This document shows, in pieces, positions 13,571 to 25,760 of a DNA stretch of 64,000 nucleotides; within the stretch, counting starts at the first letter, position 1; the number at the start of each line of letters is the position of its first letter. This stretch comes from Tricharina praecox. Lineage: Eukaryota. The notes under the pieces were generated by a model. It worked only from the letters and a program-made list of their open reading frames with translations, had not been told where the DNA came from and made no database searches. Both the position numbers and the translations under genes were made by a program. Where the stretch lies: the NCBI RefSeq assembly GCF_024521635.1, contig NW_026250428.1, positions 372,001 to 436,000 of the forward strand. Reading direction: 5' to 3'.

Positions 13571-15544
13571 CGTGCTCCGGCAAAACGTCACTCTCCCCAC
13601 TTTTCCTCCGTCCAGAGGTCCATCATCATCCTCCACGCGGCCATATGGACCCGGGCGCTCTGCAGTCCTACGTCCATCGCTGCTTACATTTACATGTCCC
13701 GCTCCTCAGCGACGCCTGAGCTGAGGGCCCGGTCGGCACTCTCCGCATCCTGAAACGCTTGCGGATGAATCCTGAATCCTGACGCCGTTTCTACTTGCAG
13801 CGGTTCCACACGTACACAACACCCACAACTCTCGCCGCATGGGCAAAATCAAAACAAACAGCACGCAGATCCTCACTGGGGACTTATCAGCTGCCGCGAC
13901 CTGCTCCCGTCGCCGTGGATATCTGCTCCCTACCGTGGAGACTGTTCCATTTCCCTCGCTCGCCAAATTTTCGGAATCGACGATGCTGCACACATAACGG
14001 AACCTCACAAGTTAGGTATACACGGCCCTGTAGAATCGGTTCTCTCCTGCTCTGCAACCGCCGTTGACTCCACCCTCACCGTCCAACTCCTCTCTGTATG
14101 CGACGCATGATACATCCATAGCTCCCCTGATGCTTGCCTGGAATGCACGACATCTACCCACTGCTTCGCCGCATACTTCCAGAGCGCCTCCTTCTCTTTT
14201 CTTTGTCGGAAATCATCGCGCTGTTCCGCACTCAGGCTGCAGACAGGCAGAAGCCATTTTCCGTGCTCTCTGCAGCGATTGTTCGGCAAACCCGCGGCGC
14301 TGCAGTTCTCCGGGACATTTTCTTCTCCAGATTTTGGTCGATTCTTTCTCGTCGGTCCGATCGATAGGACTCGCAAACTGGAAATCCTAGTAAACCGTGC
14401 TAACCCCAGAAATCCGCGATTTGTTGTCCGCCGGATGTCCTAGCGAGAAGGAAGGATGCGGATTGTGTGGTACTGCCAGCCAATCACCAGGTCGCATGCG
14501 GGCTCTCGATACGCAGCGTCCACTGGCATGACTGCGCGGGTGTACCATCTTTATTCAGAATTTGGGCCCGTCGCTGCAAGCAACCAGAGAATGTAAGGAC
14601 AGGTCACATCAGGGAAGCGGTGCTGAAGTCGTTGGGCGCGGAGGAAGTGGAGAAGGAGGAGCAGGATGAAGAGGAGGGGTTATAGGCGTGGACGGAAGCT
14701 GTGGGCGGGACAGAACAAGAGGATGATGCGATGAACGGTTTGCTCGGAGAGCCCGTAAGTTACCGTTAACTTGTGCGTTGGAGGCGGGAAGCGGTCGGCT
14801 TCGCGCAGGAATACGATGTTGCGGTGGGGAAGGAATGGATGGCTTCTCCCCACCGATGTGACTTCTCCCCGCCGATATGACATGCCTCACGATCGGCTTT
14901 CCGTACGTGAAAACGGATGAATGAATCGACTCCCAACGTGCGTACAACGAGCTGCTTCGCCACCCGGACTATGGGCGTATTGACCGGACCGCAGAGGAAG
15001 CGCGGCGGCAGGTGGCCACCGAGTTTCCAGAGAAGCCTAAACCGCGTTGATATCGCTCGTGTTATGGAGCCACCGTATCTTTGCCTGGATGCGCGGGAAC
15101 AGGAAGCGCAGCTGTTCTGCAGCGCTGGTAGCTACCTATGCCTTTCCTTGCGGCGCTGATATCACCACTCCATTGTAGCCACCGACTCCGCGTCGGCTTC
15201 CGCTTCGCCCAGCTTTTGCGATGTTGTGATTGCTGCTGTGCGTGCGTGTGGTGCCAACCAACATGAGGAATTTGAAGGCCGTGCGCTGCCGGACGGGGAC
15301 GGGATAAGTAGGCACGGTGTCTCGTACATAACAGGCGGCCACGGCTGGCAGTGCCATGGCGCCCCAGGGCATGGCCACAGGGCCCTTCTGAATGGCCGAT
15401 AGACTGAATAATCTGCGGTCTTCTGGCAACCGTTCGTCCTGATAATTCCCTTGATCGGTTTCGAAGTTTTTGTGTGTGTCCGTCCGTCCGTGGTCGATCG
15501 TCCACCTTCTTTGCTGGCGGTCTCTCCAGCTCGCTATCTCCAGT

Positions 15545-15720
15545 ACCACTGCCACTACCACCGCACCACCACCACCCACCACCTCCACCTCCATCACTTC
15601 ATACACCACCACCGGCGCAGCCCACACCGCTAACTATTAATCATTCAACCACCTCTTCCTCTACCACCTCCTTCTCCGCCCGCGCTCACCACCACCACCA
15701 CCACCACCACTACCACCACA
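15545..15720. repeat. (CAC)n low-complexity tract upstream of, or in the 5' leader of, the Zn2Cys6 gene
   Basis: Runs of caccaccac, notably 15686-15720. Confidence 0.7.
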
Positions 15721-16716
15721 TCTGCCACGATACCCCGGGTTCGCCAATCCTCCCCCCCGCCCCTTGCACCGCTCTCTCCTCTTCCTAAACATCCCCCCCC
15801 TCTACCTACTGCTACATACGCTACTTCCTTCCCGTCCTTACCACCTCGAGACTTTGCCCCTCTTCATCATCACATCCGCAGCCCTCGGCCCGCACCGCAT
15901 CTTCAGCGCCTCCCTGCACCCACTGCTTCCCGAGACACAGCCCGTCCTCGTTCCATCATCTCCTCTCTCGTTTAAAACTCGTAGTCGATACCACTGTTCT
16001 CCAAGCTCTTCCCCGGCCGCGCGCGCCTCTGCTATCCATCGCTGCTGCCGATTCCTACGTCTCGTACTTCGTCGCCTGCGATCCTGCGATCCGCGATCCT
16101 ACGGTCCAGCCCTCCCGTGTCCCCTACTGGTCGCTCGGTAGTTACATCTCCTCTCGATTCGCCATCCACACGACTCGTCACTGCCTGACTGGTGTGCTCT
16201 TGCTCGCTTGAAGGTCTGTCTGTCAGTTGTCTCCCTTTTTGAACGCAACGAGAGTTCCGCATGGCACGCGCTCGCTCCTATACACGTTTGTTGGCTTTGC
16301 CTGCATCATCTTTACAATGTAATGTGACTGGTCTGCTTATCGCAGGCCACCCTCGCAATGATGTCGGCGGCGGCGACGGCGACGACGCAGAAGACAGCCC
16401 GTCGAATGCTGTAGCGTCGCATGCTTCTCCCCATTACGCGAATGCCTGCCCCTCACCATCCATTATTTGAGACCGAATTCGGTGAAGCACAATACGTTGG
16501 AGATCGGCTGGCTAAACGTGACCCGAATTCAGGTCATCACTTCGAGCGCCCATTCCACCCTATCGGTTCTGCGACGGTCCGAAGCCATCGCCGGATCCTT
16601 GTGCGGCATTTTCGGCTGGGCTTGTTGACCAACAAGCACCCCTCACAGCGCCTTCCGCTACATACATCGCCATCGACGACTGCGACCGATATCCCTCAGC
16701 GTAGCCGTACATCACC

Positions 16717-18864
16717 ATGGACTTGTCATCGCTCCTCACGTCGAACGATATGCTCGCGTCGGCGCAGGTCAAGCCCTTCCACCCACCACCGCCGCCCGGA
16801 GCCACTACCCCTCACGCCAGCGGTCCCGCGACAACGCCCAAGTCCCTTTCGCCGAACGGCGACTGCAAAGCCGTCTCCTTCAGGCTGCGCGACTCGCATT
16901 GCGAGCCCAAAACATTCTACATCCGACCGCACGATACGACGGATTCGATCATGGACACCGTCAAGCACCTATTCGGCATGTCACGGCAGTACGACCTTGG
17001 CATATCGTTGGAGGATGCCGATGGCCTCTCGTTCATCCCGAGCTACGAGAATTTCCTCGATGGAATGCCGGTATACGTGCGCATCGAGGACAGCCTGCGG
17101 AGTAACCTTGTGTATCGACATCCGTACAACTTGAGGCAATCGCAAGGCATGTCCAATAGGTCGTCGGCATTCCCCACGAGCCGCAGCGTTTCGCCACAGA
17201 GTAACGGAAGGCGCAGCACCAGTGCCACGGTGATGCAGCTATACGGTGGCCGCGGAAGGTCGCTGAAGCGCTCGGCGCTGCACCTCGACTCGGACGCAGA
17301 GCAAGAAATGATTCAACAAGACGGATTATGGTACCGGTTGCCACACCAGTCGTTGCTGCCCGAAGATGAAGAAGAGCCACGAACGAAGGCAGCCTCCGTC
17401 GCAAGCGCTGATATCAGCGTTGAGAATATTGTTGAAGGGTCGAGAAGGAAACGGCCCAAGTTCTCGTCAGACGTGCGTTCACACACTGCCGTTTTTTTAT
17501 TACAGAAATGAGTCTAACACCAAGTTGCACAGGAATTGCCGCTTTTCCCTCCCATCACGCTCCCCAAGCAGGATGACTCCCTCTCGTCCAGTCCTGCGCA
17601 CCGCGTCCCTCAGCTCGCTACTCCATATTCCAACCGCCATTTCAGCTTCTGCCATCCCATGTCTCCATCCAACACAGGAGGGCAGCGCGTCTACCGTTCC
17701 AGCGGTTCACAGGCTCATTACAACGGCTCCGGTGTTGTTCCGACCCCGGCGCCGACTGTGACGTCCTGCATATCGGATGAGGATGTTGCCATCCAGCTGA
17801 TGCGTCTTGGTACCGTCAATACCAGTACCGCCACCACAATGTCGACGACAGACGAGATGCGTGACGGATTCTCTTCCGATTGTGGGGACTTTGGCGACTA
17901 CGATGGTCGTAGCGATACAACCGAACTTCCGGACCCTCTCCCTGTCTCGGGGCTTCCGCTCAGCCCGATCCTATACCCGAGGGACCGCAAATTCAAGAGC
18001 TTGGACGAGATTCTTCCCTCCTTCGATACCACCGAACCCAGCGACGACGACGACTCGGAGAATCAGCCTCCCGACCACCCATTCGTGTCTCGGCCACCGA
18101 AGCCGTGCCAAGAATCGGTGATCCGTGCCCCTCGCGCAGTCCAGGCATACGACGAAGATGCAGACACATGTGACGACGAGGGAGATGAAACTTACGTCGC
18201 CAAGGAAGAAGATGAAGATCCCGATTACGAAGATGATCTCGAGGACATGCCCCTGAAGATGCGCCGGGAGAGTAAGGTAACCGCCGCTACCAGCGCTCTT
18301 CAGACCGTTTTCCCGTCCATATCTACGCCCATGACTGTGCGCGTCTTGCACTCAAAGCCAACGCAGCAACTGCCCAGGGGAATCGCTAAGATCATTATCC
18401 GACGAAAACAGCCTGCACCACTTCAAGCCCGGCCACAGCCGCCTGTCGTGAAGCAGGAACCTCACTACCCTATCTCTCCAGCATCGCCTCCAGCAAGTCG
18501 AAAACCATCGGTGTCTTCGTCCGTTTCGAGTGGAAAGGCCAACAATGCGCGGCCTAACGGCACCGTGAACCCTGGTCTCAACACGCCGCTATCCCCAGAC
18601 CAACCAGAATCGCTTGCGGTCGGCGAACCCACCGAACCGGCCGACGAGCCCAGGCCGAGATGCCAACGCTGCAGGAAATCAAAGAAGGGCTGCGATCGCC
18701 AACGACCGTGCCAGCGCTGCAAGGATGCCGGAATACCGGCGGATCAGTGCATCTCGGAAGACGAAGTGGGCACCAGGCGCGGACGTCAAGTGGCTACAGC
18801 AGCCAAGAAGGCCATCATCGACAAGAAATCAAACGGATTCAAGAACAAGAAGAAGAAGGTGTAA
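16717..18864 (+). CDS. Transcription factor with C-terminal Zn(II)2Cys6 cluster; exons 16717-17472 and 17533-18864
   Basis: C-terminal RCQRCRKSKKGCDRQRPCQRCKDAGIPADQC (C6 binuclear cluster). Conserved-looking blocks SVENIVEGSRRKR.KFSS-ELPLF and SCISDEDVAIQLMRLG. Intron GTGCGT..CAG at 17473-17532 is phase 0. Confidence 0.9.
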
Positions 18865-19269
18865 GGACATCGAGCGCCTTGGACCTACGGATATATCTTG
18901 GAACTTCATCCAATGATTGTCATGTCAACTTTAGTTCGAACGAATATTTTTAACTGTTTGCTTTGCTATTTCTGTCAGGCGCAATATTGGTGGACTGTTT
19001 GGCAGCGTGCGCGAACAAAAGTTGGTGCCTCGGATATCTTGTTTCCCCGACGGATCCATTCGGCTGTCCGGGAGAGGTTTTCGACGGACCTTTTCTATTT
19101 TTCCCTATTGTTGATTATACTGCTGTTTGTTTGTTTGTTTGTTTGTTTGGGAGGATGGGGGCGGGAATATGGTGTCTGCTTTTTGTTTTGTTTTCCTCTT
19201 TTTCTTTTACTTCGCTCCGCTACGATTTTTGCGGCTACTTCTACTATGCTTGCTATGAGAGGGGAGATC

Positions 19270-19440
19270 GGACTGGTTGGATGGGTTGGATGGGTTGAAT
19301 ATGGGATGGTTCTTTGGAAGGAATGACTTTTTTCTGACTTACAGGTGCTTACGAACTGGATGGATGGACGGACGGATGGACGGAGGGATGGATGGATGGA
19401 TGGGAGATGGAAGCGGTGGAGGATTGGGGGGATCGGATGG
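19270..19440. repeat. (GGAT/GGAC)n microsatellite in the 3' region of the transcription factor gene
   Basis: ggatggatggacggacggatgg... at 19358-19410. Confidence 0.7.
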
Positions 19441-21711
19441 GAGTTTCGGCCTCAGGTTTGTTATTGTTTGTTCCGGCGGCGAGGGACGATTTGCAGGGCA
19501 GCCGATATGTATTTGTGGTTTTTTTTTTCTCACTCTGTTGTAATTTCTGCGGGTGGTGATACTGACTTCAGCATCTTGGACATCCCTTTCTCCTCGTGCG
19601 TCTTGCTTCATAATACGTTGCATGATGACAGGAATCGGTCGATCGATCGAGTTCTTGTGTGAGGAGCAAGGAAGGAAGGGGGAAATGGTTTTTTTTTCTT
19701 TCTGTGGAGACCTGTCGTGCTTCGACGCTGTATCTTTCGGTTGAGGTTTTTTTTCTCTTCGGGGTTTTCAATTGGTTTGGCGTGCGTTTGATTGGCGAGG
19801 CGTTCGTCCCTTGCTCTGCTGCTCTGACCGCTTGTTGGAATTGCTTGCCTGTACTTGTACGTTCGTCGGCGGCCACAGTTCGAATGATATCTCTTGCTTG
19901 CTTCCGATTGTTTCCCACCACCACCACCCGCAGGCAGGCAGGAATCCAGCGCGCGCTTGATTGGGGCCTCCAATTGCCCTGCGCGGTGGCCAACCGTGAA
20001 ACTGCGCTCGCGCTCACGGGGTTTTCGCAGTGACAGTGACCGTTATATGTTGCTATGTGGGTGCGTGCGTGCCACATTCCATCCATCCATCCCTTATGTA
20101 AGTAAGCAACACTCCATCTGCTCTATCTACCCCGCCTGTTCTCCGGTCTTCCATCCCTCTGTGCACCCACCCACGCACCCCGCTTTTCTTTTCCCGTGCT
20201 GAAAACAAGTGCCAACTTGTCAAGGAGAAGACGTTTCCGTACGCTAATCGCTTAGCTCGTTACATCTTGTCGATAGCTAGGTGGTGACGCGAACACGCCG
20301 CCGCTGGCCTCCGTGACATCAAAAGTACATACAAGTGCATAATCTTATGCTATGACTGTGTTGGTTCTTCAGAGAGGACCTTGCCGAGAATTCTCGCAGA
20401 GCCATGGTCCAACGGCGGTAGCTACAGCCACAGCCGCTTGAGTCCTTGCGCTGTATGTAGACACCCGTAGGAGCGACATGCAACTTAGAAGACGTCGGTG
20501 TCGCTGGTGCTCCACTGGCTCCCTATCATAAAGTACGAGTGAGAGACCCAGCTGTCCGAAAACCCGCCTCCGGGTTGCCGGCTCGATCTCAGAGAACCGA
20601 AAAGGCCAACAGGCAAACGATCGCCCGTCACCCGGCTTTGGCGCTGTAAGACTCGCGGCTGGGCTTGGGGCTGGGCTTGGAGTCGAGCCACAAATCTTGG
20701 GGGCGATGGCGGCGCCGGGACGCTGCAGCTTAGTAGCCGAGCTTAGTAACTGAGCTTAGTAACCGAGTGCTAGTACATACCCGGCCCGCCCGCCTGTCCG
20801 TACGTGCCATGAGCCTGTGGCGCCACCCGTGGCGGGGTTGGCATTTCCATGTTCGGATATGAAGGGGCATTCTGTCAACTCCTCGGGAACGATGATCGCC
20901 GGAACGGTTGCGATATCCGCCAACGCGGTCGTCAGTGGCGCTCACTCGCCGACCGGCAGCTGGGACTCGGGAGCGTGTCGGCAGCCAAGCCGCTCCAGGG
21001 CCGCGCTATCAGTCATTCCTTCACGGGACCGATGTGGCTCGGCTCGCTAGGTGTGGCGCTCACGTGGCTGTGCCGTTGTTTTGTAGCATGAGATCGTACT
21101 CGACAGATCCGCTTTACTATCTTGGAAATGAGCTGGGCTCCTTGAAGGAGGATGGCCGTAGCTTATTTACTTTCTACCCATGTAGGTGCCTTGGTACAAC
21201 GTGAGGGTTAGGATGGAGAGTAAAGAGGACTCACCATGAGCCGGGCGCCTGCGGTGGCGGTGGTGGGTAGGAAATGGCTATGTATGCACTCAGTGAGGGT
21301 CTACTAAGGTCGAATGCTTTGATGCGGGTGTGTCGGGGAGAACCAGTTAGGTTTGATTCTACCCTGGAAGAGGAGGAGGAGGACGGGAGGATGAGGGCTC
21401 AATCGGAGGTTTTGGGAGGCGGTCTCTAGTCACCAATGCGAGTCCAAGTACGAGTGAATTCGTTCCGCGGGAGTAAGCGGGCCGTTTGAGCAATGATAAT
21501 GTTGGGGTCTCCGTACATACTGGAGCCTATTTATGGAATACAAACTGTCACTGCCCGCTGCTCTGTGGATCTCAGGCGGCGCTTCACAGGTATCACTCGT
21601 CCGGCGAGTGACACCATATGTCTAGAAGGCAGCGACAAGCCTCAATGACGACTCTCAACGGCGATTCAGTTAGAAGCACCGCGTGAGGTTCCTCCCGGAA
21701 GGTTTCTTTCC

Positions 21712-21920
21712 CCTCTCCTACTCTCTCTCTCCATTCTCTCTCGCTCTCTGCCTCGCCACCCTCACTCACTAATCTCGCTCATTATCCTCACTCAATATTC
21801 CCGCTCACATTCTCACTCACGATTCTCACTCACGATTCTCGCTCGCTGTTCTCGCTCCATATTCTCTCTCTCTCGCTCACGATTCTCACTCACTATTCTC
21901 GCTAGCTATTCTCGCTATTT
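21712..21920. repeat. CT-rich minisatellite (ATTCTCACTCACG / ATTCTCGCT units)
   Basis: Repeated attctcactcacg and attctcgct units are directly visible. Confidence 0.7.
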
Positions 21921-22282
21921 GTAAAACCGGGGTGTTTCACAATCAGCGCGCTTACAGCGGTAGTCACAGACAGTGTACTGTTTAAGAGAGAACATCAATC
22001 GTAGTTTGGCAGCGATGCAAATGTGTGGGTCTAAAAGACCAGCCGCTGTGCGAATCTTTCAGACCCAAACCCGAGCTTGTGTCAGTCGCGTCCTTATGTG
22101 TGCGGAAGTTGCCGTGACCGGGATTCTTCGCGTTCACGTTCACGTCATTCTTCTCTCCAATACTTTTCAGCACCCGCTCCGCCACCAGTCTGTCCGTACA
22201 GCACGCGGCTTCTCGCTGTTCCATTCTACTCTGCACAGCTACACTATCTCTGTTCCGCGGGCGTTCGCAACAGCGAGAGACC

Positions 22283-23976
22283 ATGGCCCAATTCCACCGA
22301 TCTCGGTCCTCCTCTTCGGCTTCAGACGACGAGCCAAACTTCGGCGACAACTCCTCCTACGGCAATCCCAACGAGCTTGACGGCACCTATGACCTCCCGC
22401 CCGCCGGCGCCAGCGAGACCGACGACGACACCTACGGCCTCCCACCCAGAGATCCCGGCGAACTCGACGACGAAACATACGGTCTCCCACCCACCGGCCC
22501 CGGCGAGCTCGACGATACCACGAAGCTCCTATACCCCAGCGCCACCGAGCACGAGCATGATTCCACCGCCGCTATCGATGACACGGTAGCGAGCTTCCTA
22601 CACCAACCCGTCGAAGGTCCGTCCCGCCGCACCGGGTAGCGACTCCCGCTGACACCATGCAAGATCTAGTCCTCCTGCACACGCTCAACACGCACCTCTC
22701 CTCCGTGCGCCTCCCGACCCTCCACAACATCCTCGACTGCACGCCTCTGCTGCTGATAACTCTCTACGAGACGCTGCCGCCCGCCCTCACACCCGCCGGT
22801 GCGTACAAGCGACACAGGCGCATTCCCTATGTCGTCCGGACGGGGGAGGGCGCGGATCTGCCGACGAGGATGCAGAACATGAAGCTGCTCATCGGGACGA
22901 TCGTTCACGATGAGTCGCTGGGGCTTGATGAAAGGATGTGGAAGAGATTGGTGGGGCTGGATCTGACGGGGTTCTGTGCGAAAAAGGGTGAATGTGTGAG
23001 GAGGGTGGTGAAGGGGTTAGTGGAGGTCATGGGGAGGATCATGGAGCGAGGCGAGGTGATTGGGGGCCGGGAGGACATGGGTGAGGGTGGAGAGGTTTCC
23101 ATGGATATCAGCTCGATTTTGGGGGGGATGGTCCGGCCGTCGTTACGATCGTCGAAGTACGATGATACTACAGCGAGCAACTACGGTCTGGACAAGCGAG
23201 CGCAGTCTCGTTACGAAACGCCTGCGGCTGTGAGGGGTAGACCTGGGAGTTCGCTGGGGACGGCCGTTCCACTGGTATCGCAAAAGCGAACGGGTTTGGG
23301 CTTGGGAATCGGCGAGCACCGGTATGCCAGTAGCTCATCGGACGATGGCTCCTTCCAGGGACCGCGGCGAAGATATCTCGCGCTGAAGCCGACGGGATAC
23401 TTCTCGCCGCGACGACAAGAGACTTCCACCATCCCACGCCAGAGAGGCACATCAACCACCCCACGCCAAAAAGGCACATCCACCACCCCACGTCCATCCC
23501 CCACACCGCAGTTTACACCCAGTCCACGGCCTGCGCCCAGTGCACGACGTACACCCACACCGCGCCACTCATTCCCCCTACCTCTAAATCTAGAACTTCC
23601 TCTACTCCCTGACAGCGACCAGTCAGCTGAAGCCGCTGCATCACCGTCCGTATCCACCTCATACTCTCGTTCCGGCCACGAATCACCAGATACCTTACGA
23701 GTCGAAAGGAACAGGGAAGATGGGTGGTTGTGCGCATATAGATGGCTCGAGGAGCAGGCTGCATCGCCTACGGACCCGATTGCTCCTGAAGATGTGCCAC
23801 TGCCTGATGATGGATTGGATGAGGAGGAGGAGGGTGACGACAAGGTGGAGGAGGAGAAGGCGAAGGAAGAGGAGAAAGGGGATGAGGATGAAGATACGGA
23901 TGATACGGACATAGAGGTGCTCGAAGGACATATCACGAAGCTGTTGCTGAGTTATGGGTACAAGATACGGCCGTAA
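22283..23976 (+). CDS. Protein with CEP95/DUF5745-like (CH-like) N-proximal domain and a disordered Ser/Pro/acidic tail; probable intron ~22617-22663
   Basis: An acidic first exon (TYGLPP repeats) plus a 439-aa ORF. The pattern LNTHLSSVRLP..HNILDCTPLLLITLYETL...RIP...RMQNMKLLIGTIVHD..L...L..LD resembles the CEP95 N-terminal domain. Branch site GCTGAC at ~22648. Confidence 0.6.
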
Positions 23977-24120
23977 CGTGGGCCGTGGTTCAGCTTCTGG
24001 CCATTCTGTCATGTTCTTGGTTGCTTGATTGCTTTATACCCTTTGCTGTTGGTGGTGCTTCATGGTGTTTTTACAGCGTACATAGATGAATCTGGGGTTT
24101 GCAGTGGCTTCTGCCGGCAA

Positions 24121-25760
24121 TGATACCCATTACTACACGCCGCACCTCATCGTACCCGAACGGAGTGGTTCGAAGTGATTTCCTTGATGCCATTATCGTC
24201 TGGTTATACGAGAAGAAGAACTGGAAAAAGAAAAGCAGACCCAATTGACTCGCGATCTTGGGAGCGTCGTGCGAGTGATACCTATGATGCGTCGCACCTC
24301 ATCGTACTCGAAGGGAGTGCTTTGAAGTGATTTCCTTTACACCATCATAGTTATAAAGCCCCGCCGAGCGTATTTTAACTATCTAAATCGTCAAAAGAGC
24401 AAATAATCACCCACTCTCACTCACCCGGATGCATGAGTGATATTTAATGTCCAAGAGCAGCCGCGTGATCGACAACCGGACTACGACCTGCGCTACTAAA
24501 TACTCGTACCTTGAGGTCTTTATCCCCGAATTTCGACGGTAGCCCGATAGGCGCAATATCGGACACTCGCAAAGCCATTCACGGGTGCGCACTCGGATCT
24601 TCCGTGTCGGGAAGTCTTCAGCAAGCACTCGTTTTTCCCAAAGCAAGCTCTTGGCTGCAGCCTCCACTTTCCTCTTTATGGAGAGTCATCGATAATCATT
24701 CAATCTAACCTCAACGTGAGATCATGCGAAAGCACTCAGGTTTCCCGAAGGGAATTCTTGGCGGCTGACCGCGCTTTCCCTTGTACGGAATGGCTTGGGT
24801 AAATACTCACGCTAACTTCATTCGGCCATTGTCGCATTTGTTTTCGCCTACCGGATAAGGATTTTATGGGCAAGCACTCACTGGATCACATGCACGTATA
24901 AAAGCTCGATGAGTGAGCGAACCTGATTGGAATCTTTACACGGTGGATTCGAGAAATCCCAGTTGAGCGTAGTGTAAATACGCATATTAAACGTATAGTA
25001 CGTGGGTAAGAGCCATCTCTCTTTCTTATTCCGGTAACGAGACAGCGGCGAGCGAGTGCGATGCTCGGGTGATGGATCGTGCAAACTGGGGTTCTGGGTG
25101 TTTTAGGCTGTGAGGGTGTGCGAGGAGTCGCTGAATTCTCTGTTGTTTGATGGCTGTGCTAGATATAAGAAAAGCTGGCTTCATGTAGTCCAATGAAGGG
25201 ACACCCGTGAAGCAGTTCGAGTGCGAGTGTGTGATTACAGGCTTTACAGCCTGGTTTTTTGGTAGAATGAGCTGTGAGCTCGAACCGATAGTATCATAAC
25301 TATGCTCTAAGTATCTGTGGTGCTGAGTCTTGGAATATCCCTGTTTACACCGGCTACCAAATGTAATGTAAGATTCGCGCCGAGTGCGTCATCGTGATCC
25401 ACCGCCTTTACACGCTGAATTCTTAGTATTCTGGTCTGTGGATCTATCATAATACTGCTTGGCTAGGGCTACCTATCTGAATGGTGGCGATACTTGAAAT
25501 AGCTCTCTTCACACCGGCTATGAAATGTACTCTGGTATTCGAGCTGAGTGCGTTATTGTGATCCAAGGCGTTTACAGCCTGGTTCCTTGGTAGAATGAGC
25601 TGTGGGCCCAAATGAATAGTGGCAAGCTTTGACTCATAGTACCTGCAGTTCCAATTCCCGGAACAGCTCTTATCATACCGGATGAAATGCAACCCTTGAT
25701 TTGAGCCGAGTGTGATGACATGATCGTATGATTTTACAAGTTAATTTCTAGGCGATTGGA
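24121..25760. repeat. Degenerate direct repeats: pair 24121-24199/24276-24350; pair ~24620/24730; units at ~25200, 25350, 25510 and 25675
   Basis: cgcacctcatcgtac.cgaa.ggagtg.tt.gaagtgatttcctt occurs twice; tttacagcctggtt..ttggtagaatgagctgtg occurs twice; caccggcta..aaatgta occurs twice. Confidence 0.65.

Noticed and set aside
18898..20202. Hydrophobic ORFs downstream of the transcription factor
   Set aside because: Products of T-rich 3' UTR and microsatellite sequence.
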